In this document: positions 37,976 to 53,010 of the stretch, in pieces
Numbering within the stretch: the first letter of the stretch is position 1
How the letters are laid out: each line of letters opens with the position of its first letter
NCBI RefSeq assembly: GCF_006345805.1
Contig: NC_042999.1
Location: 119,908,001-119,972,000, forward strand
Length of the DNA stretch: 64,000 nucleotides
Direction: 5' to 3'
DNA from: Octopus sinensis
Taxonomy: Eukaryota
The notes under the pieces: model-generated
Database searches by the model: none
Told to the model about the DNA's origin: nothing
What the model saw: the letters and a program-made list of their open reading frames with translations, nothing else
Translations under genes and position numbers: made by a program

Positions 37976-40900
37976 AATTTTCATGTGACTCGTTTTGTTT
38001 GCGTTACGAAAGATTGTCCCGGCAGTTTACTATCTTAGTTTATATCGCACACTCGGTTACTCGGAATCTTGCTTAATCACGATAAATTAACCTTTCGTAT
38101 TTTCTCTTCCCTTTTTATGTCCACATTATCGTGTTTACATGGTACGGCAGGGGATGAAGTATAGATATTTTGATTTGTTTGAGTTATAGGTGCTTAAGAA
38201 GTGAATTTGCCCTCATACATCCTGTAAACTATAGCCGCTTAAACATTCTGGTACGACTTATGATTCTGACAGTTAATTGCGCAGTGCTATGATCATACTC
38301 AACGCACATTACTCACAGATGTATGTGAAACATCTAATTTTATATAATTCAAATATGCGCCATACCTGTACGATCTTTATACCTTCTGAGTTTTAATTGA
38401 GTGGGCTCAGCTTTGCCGTACTTCTGTTAGGCCGATGCAATAAAGTATGAATCATGTCCTTGCTTCGATTTCACGTTCTTACAAGAGTTTTTTGATGTGC
38501 AAGGAATTATAACACGATACAAAATAGGTGTCTCGATGATTTTCTGCAAAGTTGAAATTGTTATATAAAGACATGAAAAGCCAACGGCAAGACATCGCAT
38601 ACTTTCATATCTTGTATGTCCAGATCAACATTAGATTACAGGGGTAAATCGCCATAACTGCTATAGAAGATAACACAAGCAGTGTATATTAGACATTTTA
38701 CACTCAATCTACTACGTTCTTGGATATGACGTATTTTTGAATTACGTCAGATTAACACTGTAGTGATTCCACAATGGGAACCGAATTTCGTGTTTGAGAT
38801 TCTACGCAGCTGATCAAACTGATATAGCATTATCGTTATTGGAATGAAGATTAAAAGTGTGTTGGCTACAGTATGGTAATGCAATAGAATACAACAAATG
38901 GTTTAGTACATACGGTTATAAATCCCTAGATTTATTTATATATAATTGACACTGTGTTGGCACCCTCGAAAATTTTGCCTGGCTATCATATTTTTGTTCG
39001 ATTATGTAAATAAGCTATATCAATTTCATGTCCTGTGTAGATTTTAGTAAGTCGTCATCCACAACTATTGTCGACAGTTTGGGAAAAAGAAGTTGTGTCA
39101 ACACTGATAAATAGTGAAATAATTATGGAACAGCCTCTGGCCTTCTCAATTGATATTCTAATCTGCCAAATAGACTTGGTGGGCTTAATTTCAAACTGAG
39201 ACGAAATAAATATGGATACGTCTCCGTATATTTATTCATAAGTTGTGCAACCAGGTATTGGGATCAGTTGAATTATGATGTTCAACATACATTTTACAGT
39301 GAATACATTCAGTATGTACAATAATGATGCTCAACATTATGGTTGTTCAATCTTTTACTGTTCTTTAACAAGTTTAACCTGAATGTAGTGGCCAATTTTA
39401 CTCAAGATAACAACAAAACCGAAAGTATTGATGATCTAGTCTAGAATTGAACTCCTATACATGCTTTCATTTAACTGATATTTAGAAAGCATTTCTAAAG
39501 TATTTCGACTAAGACTGTATTCGTTTTTCTTGAGCAGGTCTATAACACAGAGAACTATTGATTGCGAGCCCATCTCATCTGTTGTTCCATATAAACCTGC
39601 TTTGCATTGGCCTCTCAACTCCTTGATAGAGGCGTAGCTATGCCGTTTTGATATATGTCAAATTTTTGTTGTTTTTAGACCTCGCAGAGGTCTGACCACA
39701 ATCGACTTCTTCCAAAAGACAGAAAACTCAAATGTAACGAAAAAGAAGAAACGGCCCTAGTACATTTATCGCATTTTAGTTGTTGATCGCGAAAGAATGA
39801 AAGCCAAAATTTACCTAAGCCAGATTTGAACTTAATGGTTGGAAAACCAGAACGATTACCACAAAGCAATCTGTCCGACGTTTTAATGATTCCACTAAGC
39901 ATTTACCAATCCAGATATACCATAGTGTACCTTACTGCAGAACGCAATGCGCACGCCGACACGAAGTGATTAATCGAATGGAGTGTAATACAATAGGCAG
40001 AGTATGTTATACTCTCTCCAATATCTTGCCCGTTTCTTTACATACGTAGATTTGGAATTTAGTTTAAGGGGAAGGGGATTGGGTGAACATAGTCATAATG
40101 TAACAGGTTTTGTTCTGCTACCCATATTACTTTACACAGTGTATGACGATAATACAGTTATGGAATATTTCCTGCTTGTGTCTGGTTTACATCTGGAGTT
40201 TATTTAAGTAAGAAATACTTTAGTTGCAGTAATGCCTCTACCTGTGCTTATATCCCGGTTTACTTTTTATATCATTGCTTCTTTCTGAGTTGTGAATATG
40301 GAAGATCAATTATATGCAATTTCTAGTACTTTTCTTTTCTGTAAGAATGGATGCTTTTGATGTCCTTTGTGTTGTTTATTAGAGTGATACACTATTGAGT
40401 AGGTGCTCCTTAAAGTGTATGGTTATTCATTTGTAGTTTGTATGTGATTGATGTAGGATTGCAATTGTCGTGCAACTATCTTTTAAAATGTCGGGTAATG
40501 AGAATTTCTTTTAGAAATGAAACTGTTTATTTTGTGTAAAAATGCAATAAGATATAGGTTTAAAATAACCTGAGAAATGGCAGGTTCACAACATTTCGAA
40601 ATTTTTGCGTTTTTTAAAAATATGTTAATTATTCTGCGTATAAGCAGGTAGTGGTTAGTGAAGTCGGGAGCTATATTAGCGTAATTATTATTTACCTAGA
40701 TGCGTTGGAATCTGATTTGTTGAAGTAATCGCGTATTCTATTTTTTAGATTTATAGATAGCATTTAATGGTTTTAATCCGAGTTATCCATGTGTTAGTTA
40801 ATAATGAGGATTTCTAGGATTGCTTAAGATGTGCGCAATGGTAGAGTCGATAGGTCTATGCGGTGATATTCTGGTTGTATTTTGTTAGATGTGTACCGTC

Positions 40901-41757
40901 GGCGTTCCAATAATGTTGATTTTTGTCCGCTTCTACAGTCTAAGGAATTAGCAGTATTGATACAAGATGTTTAAGCTAAAGGTAAATGAGAGAATTCCTT
41001 CAGACAATAAACGATTCACCAGTATATCAGTAGCACTTGTAACGTAGTCTGTATATTTGTAATAAAGTCAGGTCCTCATGTATATTAATGGTGTAAGTGA
41101 AGGGAAATGCTTTTGGTGATTCATATTTAGCTTATAGCCACGGACTGATATTAACTAGTTGGGATATTAAGTTCACTATTATTCAACTGGTAAATGTAGA
41201 TTGAATAACACATTTAGCATAACGTCGGTGCTTAAACATGACTTTAGTGTGTAAGATTTCTATTAGAATACTGACAGCTTTCTCCACACATACATCAATT
41301 TTAGCTGTTATATTAGCTCTTTCTTATTAAAAAATTTATTAAGGATTATAATTGCATCTGTACATGAATATCGTAAGCATTTCATTAAAGATTAAGTGGA
41401 CAATCGTATTTGAATCTGAGTTTAATTGTGTAACAATATTTTAATATGGAATACAAATGACTCTTTAAATGATATCAAAAGATAAACTGACGTTGAATAA
41501 TGCATATATTGGTTTACACACGATCAGGAAAAATATTCTTCATTATTTGCCTGAAACAAGGAGCTAAAAATAATAATTTCACTCCAATATCTTACAATCT
41601 ATTTCATTTTCCATAAATGAGTTTTTACTTTCTAATTTCCGGAAGGATATGTCTTTTTACTCGATAAGAAGTGTAAATATCTCTGATTTTATATATATAT
41701 GTGTATGCATGTATGTATGTATGTATGTATGTATGTATGTATGTATAAATATGTATA

Positions 41758-41792
<35 letters not shown>

Positions 41793-41845
41793 TTATATAT
41801 GTAAATATACAAATATATATACATATACATATCTATCTATATATG

Positions 41846-41939
<94 letters not shown>

Positions 41940-44311
41940 TTAAAGTCTGTATGTCGGGAAATAAAATTAAATAAGGTAAGGTATTGCTATAATTAAATTA
42001 GTTGCGTCTCAAGACTCTTACTAATTGATCTCACCGATTAAATTATACATTTCGAATTAAAATGTTATTAATTAAATTTCTTATCAATGACAGGTTAACA
42101 ATATTTCTTACAGTAGCAATTATTATAGGTTTAGCATCTGTCAACGTGATTTGAAAAAGTATTCAGCCTATTGGACGCTTCTTATATTAAGACCCAGTAT
42201 TTCGCACATGTGTACAAGATAGATTGTTAGATATAAAACTAAATGACTACATTGTATCTTCCTTACCCCAAGTTCTGGTATAGTGAAGGTATGACAGTAT
42301 AACTGATTACTTCCAAACTAATTGATTCCAAAAACAGAAAGAGAATAATCAAGTTTAATCAATTGCAATTTCATTTTGATATGATTTGTGTAAAGTTATA
42401 TGTAAAATTACGCAAATAGAACACATCCCCTCTCTCACGCCTTTAATACTTCCTTGCCATTTACTCAAGAAACTAATTTAATTTTTTATTTTTCTATACA
42501 GAAATGAATAGTCTGTATGTTTTGAATATGAATTCGACATCTGGGGTATTAAATCTTTTCATAAAACATATAAATAGAAATTAGAAACTGTTTAACTATT
42601 AAGTAATTTTCAAATTTTAAATTGAAGAATATAAATTAGGACATTATTACTTTTCCATATAAAAAAGGACCTCTTTTATAACAAATATTTTCTCTTATCG
42701 GATGCTTTCTTAGAAGTTAGTTCCTACACGTTTGAAGTGTTACAAAATTGATTTTATGTGTATCTTAACACTTATAAATTTATACGCAAAATATACGTAT
42801 ACCTCCCCTCTAAAATATTTACCATTGGGTGACGACTTCCTGGCGACTTCAACTTTCAGTTAACACATCGAAACTTTCACAGTAAAAGATAATATTTCGT
42901 TATCTAGGCATAATCTATAATCAAAATGTTCCGGAACAAAGAGAAAATCCATTACAGAGAAAGCATGGAAATTTGTCTGCAAGTAATTTATTTACTCGTG
43001 AAGACAGAGGAGTCACAAGATAGATGATCAATCTATAATTGGCTAATCCTACGGTTAATAGATTAAAATAAGGCTATAGTTATTTACTACTTAACGGTGA
43101 ATGGTTTACGTTATTTATTGCGGAGCTTCAAGTAAGAGTCTGTCTTTAGATATAAAAAGCTACTCACAGTACAGACTGCTGGCAATGCAGTTGATAACAG
43201 TAATATAGCGCTCTATTCACAAACAAGTCAGTCAGAGCAGGAGTAATTGAGAGAATATTGTTAACCGTTCTTTCTTCCAAGTTCTTTATATTTCATCATT
43301 AATCTCCACAGACAAGGCATGTCATGTTAATGTTTTATTCATTAGACCAACGACATTAGATATGCGATGCGTAACTAAAACTATTGCAACAAATACTACA
43401 CTATACTTCGGTCATTTATTCATGCGCTTGTCACAAACCCTTATTCCATCGAAAACAAGCAGCTGTGCGAATCTCATAATTGATTCGCATCTTACTTCTC
43501 TCGCTAATTAACTCCAATTGGAAATACTATAGAATTCATTTCAAACAATTATCATAATCCCAATTTTAAGTATGGTACCATTTTCAAATAAAACAAAATA
43601 TCGAATCAAATTACAGACGAATACTCTGTATTAACTTTTTCGAAGTTAAAAATAGATAAAAAAAATTAAGTTATTCTTTTAATCAACTAGTTTTGCTATG
43701 AAGAATCGCATACTATATCAGTTTTGCTTTTTCAGACAGATGCCACATCTAACTAGCACACTTGCTTTTAGTGTAGTGATTAGTTGAATAATGCTTAAGT
43801 CTTACTATAAATACTACTATTACTCTCTCTCTCTCTCTTTCTCTGATGATCGTTGCCTTTTACAGTAAGCCATTATGTTCCTTTGATGTCTAATAATGAA
43901 GCAGTATGAATGAATCAAGTCTGTCATTAAAATAACGTTTAAAAAATACGAATTCATTAAGATGAATGAATATAATATCGCAACATTTTTCTGTCTTAAA
44001 TTAGTCAAACTAGATTTCCTTATACTGCAAAGCTTTAGGAGAAAGGATACATCTGCATTATAATATTCCATGAACTATATGATTTGAAATTGTTTTCGAT
44101 TTCACATCTCTTAAAGATTGATCATCAAACACACGATAATATAAGGAAAAGTCAGACGGTAAGGTGTAACCAGTGGCAGCAGATTCTACGCAAATAAATT
44201 AGACTAATAAAATATTATGTACGATTTAATGGGCGGAACCCATTCATGGTCGATGTATTTAGTGGAATCATTAAGTTGTCATATCGATAGGCAATAAACA
44301 AAATAATTAGC

Positions 44312-44375
<64 letters not shown>

Positions 44376-45289
44376 ATGTGTGTGTGTGTGTGTATGTATA
44401 TACATATGATAGATTATATATAATCTATCATATATATTACAATTAATTCAAAATTTTCTATAGTTCCTTGTACAAATTTAAATACATTAATTATAGGGAA
44501 ATGCATATGGCAAGAAAAGGCAAACATATATTTCCAACCAGATACATAAATGATGCTTATATTATGCTTATATTACTTATCAATGTCTTCTTCAGCGTGA
44601 AACCTTTCATGAATGAAGAAAATAGTTTCACATATGAACTTTATATTTAAATAGTTGAAATATTTTAGTTAGAAATAAAAGAACATATATAGTATGTGCT
44701 TATTAACTTCACGAAGAATATCCGTGGGTCATCTTTGAATAAAAAGCTTACTGAAAATGTTTTGAAATGATTTATCAGTCAAAAGGTCCAGGGAAAGCAG
44801 ACACATCCATTTGTATCCTAATAGAAAACCATAATCAAGAATTGAACTTACATTTTCTCAAGCAATGAATAAATATAGTCTACATTAAACGACAGCAAGC
44901 ATTCATAATCCTTAACTTTATTTCAACTGTATATTTATCAGTTCATTTCAAATAATCCTCACTCCTGAGGGTGTACTATGTTTGCTGTCGAATTAAATAA
45001 ACATAGAATTTGTCGCATAAATTATTTTTTATTATTCCATGAAATTGAATGCATTGTCTCAATAAGATGGTATCTCAGATTCTCCAGGGAATTTCTCATA
45101 GAATATTAAGCATGTTTAATGAATATAATTGAGTTTGTTAAAAATTAAGATTTTATAGCTTTTTACTGACAATTATTGCTATTGAAAATATTAGGCCTAA
45201 TGAGTAACTTTTGTGAAAAAGTCTAATGAGAATGTAAAATGTCAGACATTTTAAAAGTAGCATATAACATTGAACAACACACACAAAAA

Positions 45290-45314
45290 CATAATAATAA
45301 TAATATTATTATTA

Positions 45315-45353
<39 letters not shown>

Positions 45354-45390
45354 CATCATCATCATCATCATCATCATTATTATTATTATA

Positions 45391-45439
<49 letters not shown>

Positions 45440-45480
45440 TCACCACCACCACCACCACCACCACTACTACAACTACTATT
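45290..45480. repeat. Compound trinucleotide microsatellite (AAT/TAT/CAT/TAC/CAC)
   Basis: Direct reading. Confidence 0.92.
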
Positions 45481-46637
45481 GCTGCTGTTTTTTATACAGC
45501 TGTAACCGGAACAAAGGCTTAGTGAAAATATATTCGTAAAAAACTAACAATAGTTTAGTGTTAATACATTTAGGAAAGGAATATATGGAATGAAAAAAAA
45601 CGGAATATCCCTGAGCAAAACAGAATGATTAATTAACAGAAGCCAATTATTATACAGTGGTAATTTTTAATTATAATTTCGAATCATAATAAGGTAAATT
45701 GGATATTTACCTCTCATAGCCCAATATATTTCTTTTTACTTTAATCAATATGTACAATTATTTAACTTTTAAAATTATTTGTACAGACTGGCGTCTTTAC
45801 TGTGCAGAACCAATTCAGCTCCAAGTTCAATTTTCGCAATCATTTCATTTTTATTATTTTACAGTGTGTTCATCTTTTAAAACCGAAGAGAACTTTTTAA
45901 AGGAGATTTTACTGTTACCTTTTAAACGTCGTTTAATCATAGAAAGGTTCCTCCACCATTTGGCTAGATAAGATAAACATCATGTTTCGAGTTGAAAATG
46001 TGGATAGTATATGGAGACATAGCGAATCGGTAAAGATACTCCTGAGTGACGAAACTAACTGATACATGCACTTCTGGATAGCAAACGATTCGTTTTCTGT
46101 GGCGCTAGTATTACAGGGGAACAATCTTATATTTATCGATGTCACCTAGGATAATGTTTTCGAAGAGGCAAAGTGGGCCAGATATTCTCTATGCAAAACC
46201 GGAATCAGACAAATGACGTGGGTAGGAAAAGTTGGAAAACATGTAGAAACAGCAAATAATAGAGGAGAAAAATGTGAAGATAGATCCTGAGCTGAAATTA
46301 CTGGTTTCTGTGTGACACGAGACGAAGAAATACAGATTTTCCGTAGACACAGGCAATCTGTAAAAAAGATGTTGACTTATAAATGTAGAATGAATGGCAA
46401 ACGGTTAACTTTATGAAATGAGTTCAGAGATATATTGGGCTTGATTTCATGAAACTCAGAAGTAGTTGAAACAAGCTATTCCCCCAGGAAAGTGAAAGAC
46501 ATTCAGTCACTCTGTGACTCGAGCTTAGAATAAATATATATGCATGACATTAAACAATGTAATCTAGTGTCCTACCGCATTAGTTTGTAGCGTAGCTGAG
46601 AGATATGCTCACTGTTTGAGAGAGATCGTACAAATAA

Positions 46638-47657
46638 TGTAGCAGATGAGTTAAATTTTGGCCGCTATTTGGACCCTGTTGTTTCCACTGCTCTGATTGG
46701 TTGGCATTGGCGCAGTTTGTCTCTTGACTTATTTCCCGCCAATGTGTAAACCAACCAATCAGAGCCTTCCAAGAAGATCATGTGACACAGTCTTTTCGGT
46801 TTTCTTCTGGAGCCTCTAGAATGATATAAAAACCCAACGATCCAGTGAATCGAGGTCTTTGGTCTCTGACTATTGACCACGCCAGACCAGACAGTTCCTG
46901 CGACGACACCAGTTCCACCGACCCAGCCATGTTCCTGCTCCAGCCAACATCGACGCCAACATGCAGTAACTCAGGATTTTTCTTCACCGCCTCCATCATC
47001 ATCGTCGACTTCACTTTTACGCCGTCTTCACCACCGACGTCATAGCTTATCGTCGCCCGTCAATTTTACGTTGTCTCCACCAATGCCGATACGTAACCAG
47101 CAACTCGCTTTTGGTTTTGCTTACACGCTGTTTGTGTATACACACCAAGGTTAACAGACCGAACCACCGGCGAGATCTTCTGTACCAATGTAACCTGGCA
47201 AATGGATCGAAGCCCCAACTTCTACACGCGTAGTAACTGCTCTCCTCTTTGCCCCAATTTCATTGACACAGAACGAACTGCTATTGTGTACCTGTACGAA
47301 CTGGTAGATTTATCCCCATTCTTGTGTCTGGACACTTTCTATGTTCTGTGTTAATATCTCACATGCATATACATTATCATGTACACACACATTGTATTTT
47401 TGACGGCCTGTCTTATTATGTACACACTCACACGAACACACAGACACAAACATATGTCGCACGCACTCAGACACTCCATTCTGCTAGTGCTCACACACGC
47501 TCTTATTGTACACATCTGTAAATAAAGTCTATCTTTCTCCCAAGCAGTAGAACGGTTGTGTTTTTCTTTCTTCTTTACTGGCACTCACATTTCTTTATTC
47601 CATGCATTTGGCTATCTTCTTTTGTAAGGGCGACCGTGCGGCGTTTAAAAGGAGACA
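46638..47657 (+). other. Solo-LTR-like or promoter-like block
   Basis: TG start and CA end, palindromic CCAAT cluster at 46690-46765, TATAAAA at 46825, GC-richer middle, AATAAA at 47521. No TSD found. Confidence 0.45.
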
Positions 47658-49980
47658 TTTCTGTCACCAACTCTTTTATATACGGTCGTTCACTACAAGT
47701 TAAAGTGACGAAAACTCCTTCTTTCAATAATATAGGCAGAAATGGATCACGCACTTAAAGTACACCTACGTTTGCCAGTTAGATTTAAAAGCCATATCTA
47801 CTCCGATTTGCTTCGGCGATTTTATAAGAAATTTCAATAGACTGAGCTTAGACGGTAACTTTTTCATCTGGTTTTAGATTTTAAGTAACTCTAAAAGGGA
47901 TTTTTCATCCACTAATTTCTCGTATACTTTCAGTCGATTAATATTTTACATCGTAATCTATCTTAATCTATATGAGACCTTACCACATTTGTATTTAATA
48001 TGCAGAAGGGTCTACTGAATCTCCCAGCCATGTCATTAAAAATTAATGGCATAGTTTGAGGCAGAAGAAAATATTTAAAGTCGGGAAGGACTTACCTTTA
48101 TGTTGTTTACAATGGCAAGTGCGACAAGAAATCCAACTATCTGATGTGAAACTGAAATTCTGTCGATATCTCGCTAGATAGAATACCATGCTAATTAAAT
48201 TTCACTATATTTTCAGCAGTCTCATAACGTATGAGAGAAAAACATCGATTTTACTTCGTTAAAACCTCAAATCAGCTAATGTATATAATATAAAAATTAT
48301 AAGTTTTAGGACTTTGCCCCAGAACATTAGTTACGTCGGTGTAGCATCTTCAAATTTGAGCAAACAAAATGACATTACAGGAAATCAATTTCACAAAATA
48401 GGCTGGGTTAATAGAAGTTTGATGATCAACCTTAGAGATTATGGATATTAAATAAGGTTGCTTACTATATTTATATGTGTGCACTGTTCACATATATTCG
48501 GAATTCAATACGAACGTTTGCTAAAAGTGATTTTACTAGACATATTTCGTTGGAAGTTGCTTCTGTCTAACGTATTCAAAATTGGGCGAAGGATTGGTCA
48601 AAAAAGAGGAGCGGGGAACAAAATTTCATGCAGTATTTAATTACATTTGTTTCTGAATAAAAGTCCTTCCGATGTCAATTTGGCTTTTAATAATTTCTAG
48701 GACCGAGAAAATAAATACTGGTGAAATACTTGTGTCAGTTTTATCGACTGCCCTCTTCTGTCAAATATTTTCAGTTGTTTGTTTCAATGCTAGACATTAT
48801 TGAAACCACTTTAAAAGGGAGAAGTGGATTTCATATTTGCTAAGTCATTTTATCTATCCTTTTACCTGCTGTGTTTATATACTAGTCGGACAAATTTACC
48901 CTTCACATTTCCGGAGTTGATGAAATAGATAAAGAATCAGGATGTAAAAGAATCGATTTGTCATCCTCTATTTTCATGATTATATATAAAAACTTTATTA
49001 TTGAGAATAAATCCACTAATATGAACCTTGGTATAATTGGTTGGTGTTTAATGAACCACATTACTCAATATGTTTTTTGACTTAGTAATGTTTCTCCCTT
49101 TTATTTTCGTTCCTGCAGGGTATCATATTTTAAGAAAATTAGCCACGGTCTTAACTGAAATTTGTTCGATATTTGCACTAAAGAAAATGTTAACATTTCA
49201 GACAGACAGTATAGTGTAAAAAGTTGACCGATGAAGTAGAGCAGAAAATTAAATATACTAGAGTTTAATTTCCTCTTTCCCAGCTCTTAATTTAATTTTT
49301 TTTTGCATTATTTTTCCCTTCAAAAAGTACAATAGAAATCTGTATTAAATTAAAATCTAGGTTATCGACTACAGCTTTTTAAAAACTGAAATTATCAAAA
49401 CAAAGAAGGAAACGAAAAAGAAATCGAGAAACAATATTTCAAACTACCTTAGTACGAGAAGCAAATTATACATTTACTATCAGTACCCATGGACATTTAA
49501 CGGTTTCTTTGAAAACTATAAAGTGTCTCGAGGTTTATAGGTATGAAATGCACTTCTTTTGAGATTGTATTTAGTTTGAAACATTTGACTTTTGCAATGG
49601 TGTACAGTCCACATAGCCAGAAATGAAGATTATGTCTTCGGAGAGACCTGTTTGAAAATTATATTTTTGTAATAGTTTTGCACATACCTTTTTTTCCTTG
49701 TAAGTTGCTATGCATTATTTTTATCATTGCATCAAAATATTAACTCTAGAATGACTTCCATAAAATAGCTGATAAGATAATACTACTGTATTTCTCTTTG
49801 CTGTATTCCTATGACTGTCAAATTGAAATTTTTGAAAGTTCGTTTAAATAATAATAATAGATATTGCAAATACTTAACTCCGGGAACAAAATTGATAACA
49901 TAATCTAGTATAGTATTCGGTTAAAGTACGATTGCGTTACTAACGCTTTAAGAAATCTTAATACGCTATGTCCATATCAC

Positions 49981-50190
49981 ATACGAGGGTGTGTTGAAAA
50001 CTTCTTGACTTTAGATAAAAGGAAATAGAGGAGGATCAGTTAATTATGATTTTATTCATCATATTCTAGTCTTAGATTCATACACTTATTGCTGTGGTCC
50101 TTCAGTTTTGCTAAGCTCTGCAAAAGAAATCGGAAGATTGGGTCTCCAAAGAGGCCTTTCGTGATACCCTTAAAGCCAGGTATATTTCAG
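49981..50190. mobile_element. Mariner-type terminal fragment (TIR end)
   Basis: TA|CGAGGGTGTGTTGAAAACTTC is a typical mariner TIR start. The following sequence resembles a known cephalopod mariner end (recollection). Confidence 0.55.
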
Positions 50191-50215
50191 CACTCCCTCG
50201 TAAATGTGCATTTGG

Positions 50216-50318
50216 CTGAACTTGAACACGCAATGCCAATAACTAAAATTGTACCTGTCATACTGAACTTGAACACGCAATGCCAATAACTAAAAGTGTA
50301 CCTGTCATACTGAACTTG
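50216..50318. repeat. 47-bp tandem duplication (2.2 copies)
   Basis: CTGAACTTGAACACGCAATGCCAATAACTAAAA(T/G)TGTACCTGTCATA at 50216 and 50263, with a partial copy at 50310. Confidence 0.9.
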
Positions 50319-50919
50319 TTTATTCTAAAAAAATTGCATAAATGTGCATCATTAAGAAATGCATTTTACTTAAATTTCAAACATATATTTTCCATTCAAT
50401 TGTCTTACGAGTTATACAAGTAATATAACTGTTACGTCTTTAATAAATTGTCTTTGAATTCTTTACATAGTGAATCAATCATTACAGGAATAATATGAAT
50501 GCAGTGTGCATCATTGAGTATACCTTTGATTGCAGTATAATCGGTATGCACGCTGAGTGCCTCGAACAATTATTATAAATAGTAAAAACGTTGTAGTGCT
50601 ATTTTCTCCTTCTGGCTTACCGAATAAAAGCATATGATTTTTCTGGTCAATTATATAAGCATAACTATAAACAATAGGAGATATCTATGAATGATACAGG
50701 AAATTAACAGTTGAATTTCATAGATTAAATATCGCAGACTTGTATAATAGCTTTGCATTAAAGCTCAAATTACGGGAAAAAATTGCAAACAGAAAACAAA
50801 TAATTACTATAGACTTCATGTTCAAATTCAATGCATTCATATAAATTTCATATTCGTGTAGCCAATATCAGCGGTCTCAGCGTGAAAATAATTAGATTAC
50901 CAACAATAGCCAGTGCATA

Positions 50920-50953
<34 letters not shown>

Positions 50954-51814
50954 TATGAATATGTTTGTGTATGTATATCTAAGCATGTGTTTATTGATAT
51001 GTAGGCACTTATATGTATATATATATTGATAGGGTGCATTTAGGATCCTACATTTCATGCAGATTATATGCATTAAGCCATTTGAAGGGTTCCTTTCAAC
51101 TCCGTAAGCGAAGGTAAGTTGTATATTCTTAGAGCTATAGAATTTACAGCTACATGTAAGCGTCATTACACGAGTTATTCTATCGACTTTCAAAATCGCT
51201 CAGAGTTACAGAAAAGATATTAACTGTTCGTATGTTCCTGTTGCTCTGCGGGTTGCCATAATACTGACTCAGCCAATAAAACAGCGCTCTGGGTAATGTT
51301 AACAATTGGTTAAATAATGCGTTTATGATTTTGAATCTTGTCAAATTGAGGTAACAACTCGTCAAGTATGATTTGAAAATGCGCTAAACTGATCTGGATC
51401 AGTGATTACATAAGTATGAAGAATGTAAATAATAGAGTTACTAACTACGTGCCATACCGTCAAAAAATTAATCCTTTGTTCAAATAGAACTGGATCACAT
51501 CTTCACCGAGATTTTCATTTTTTTCTCATTTTCATAAAGAAGCTTTTAACAAAAGAAAACTGAGAAACTAATTTTTCCAAACTACTTTATTATATCTGAG
51601 AATCTTCTGAGACATAACTGATTCAGTTAACCAGTTATCAATTCATGTCAACCTTAAAATTGATGTATGTCAGTAAGTACTGGCGTTGATGGTGTAGTGT
51701 CATTCCACTTAATATTTCCACTGAATTACTTCCTAACGTCATAATGCATTCGACCATTCCCTCTCATTCATTCTCCCATCCACCTACACACATATACGTG
51801 CGCGCACATATATA

Positions 51815-51859
<45 letters not shown>

Positions 51860-51871
51860 AATATATATATA

Positions 51872-51908
<37 letters not shown>

Positions 51909-51965
51909 GTATGCATGTATATATGTGTATACACGCATACATACACACGCATACACACACACACA

Positions 51966-52010
<45 letters not shown>

Positions 52011-52437
52011 TATTTTATCCTTGCAAGATATACTTCCATTACGGTTATGACTATACAAAAGTCCTTAACGCTAATATATATTGAAAGATTAACTACTTAT
52101 ATAATAACTATTGGGCAACTATGTATTAACACAAAAAGAATCAATATTACCAGCCTTCAGATTCTTATGCACTTTTGTCACGTTTTTAATAACGATCAAG
52201 ATGTATACATTGCAATGAGAATCATTATAATCCTATGCTACGAAATAATCTTATATAGTTTAGTAATTTAATAAGATAGCGCCGGAGACACACCTTTTCC
52301 ATATATATATATATATGTGTGTGTGTATGTATCTGTATATGTATATGTATGTATGTACATGCATATATATATATATATATATGCATATATATATATGTAT
52401 ATGTATGTATGTATGTATATATGTATGTATATATATA

Positions 52438-52513
<76 letters not shown>

Positions 52514-52909
52514 ATGTATACGTATACATATATATCGTCAGTTCTCACTTCACGTCGTTGAAAGGATCTTGAGAAGTGCACCTTTAAGGGAAATGATAGA
52601 AAGCGAAATCAATTTTATCATAGGTTTAATGATATAAATAATAGTTACGTTCCCATCAGTATATTCCCACGGTATAATTCTTGTTTCCAACTCAGAAAAA
52701 CATCAACAAACTCTTAACTGAAGTCTTCGAGCATTAAACATTGAAATGTGCGTAATGTATATACATTTACGAAAGATGAATACAAATGACTAAGCTATTT
52801 ATTTACTTAAAAGAAATTTCCAAGCATCTTTTTCGCCGATTATTATTTTTCTCTTCGTACAATTTCTTGTGGTATTTGTGCGAACTCATTATTAAACGAC
52901 ATGAAATCC

Positions 52910-53010
52910 GTAAGCTGATGAAATTGTTAGCACACCGGTCAAACTAATTAGCAGCTGCTCGTCCGTTTTTACTTTCCGACTCCAAATTCCACCGAGGTCG
53001 ACTTTGCATT
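52910..53010 (+). mobile_element. Decayed 5' fragment of the tRNA-headed SINE
   Basis: TTGTTAGCACACCGG...AAATTCCACCGAGGTCGACTTTGCATTTCAT matches the family. Confidence 0.6.

Noticed and set aside
40780-41100. Possible ancient GIY-YIG remnant on the minus strand (IYRL..KC..YTGES; HRID..ILEILII)
   Set aside because: The motif match is too weak and fragmented to support by eye.
45270-45539. Poly-Tyr/poly-His ORF
   Set aside because: Entirely a compound trinucleotide repeat, with no splice or codon evidence.
49090-49230. Strong plus-strand splice acceptors (49118; also ~14257, ~16089, ~31372, ~39678, ~42500)
   Set aside because: Pyrimidine-AG sites are common in AT-rich DNA. The following frames gave no recognisable protein and could not be chained in phase.
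50216-50318. CRISPR-like repeat array (also the 55-bp duplication at 24706)
   Set aside because: Adjacent tandem duplications without spacers, in a eukaryotic context.
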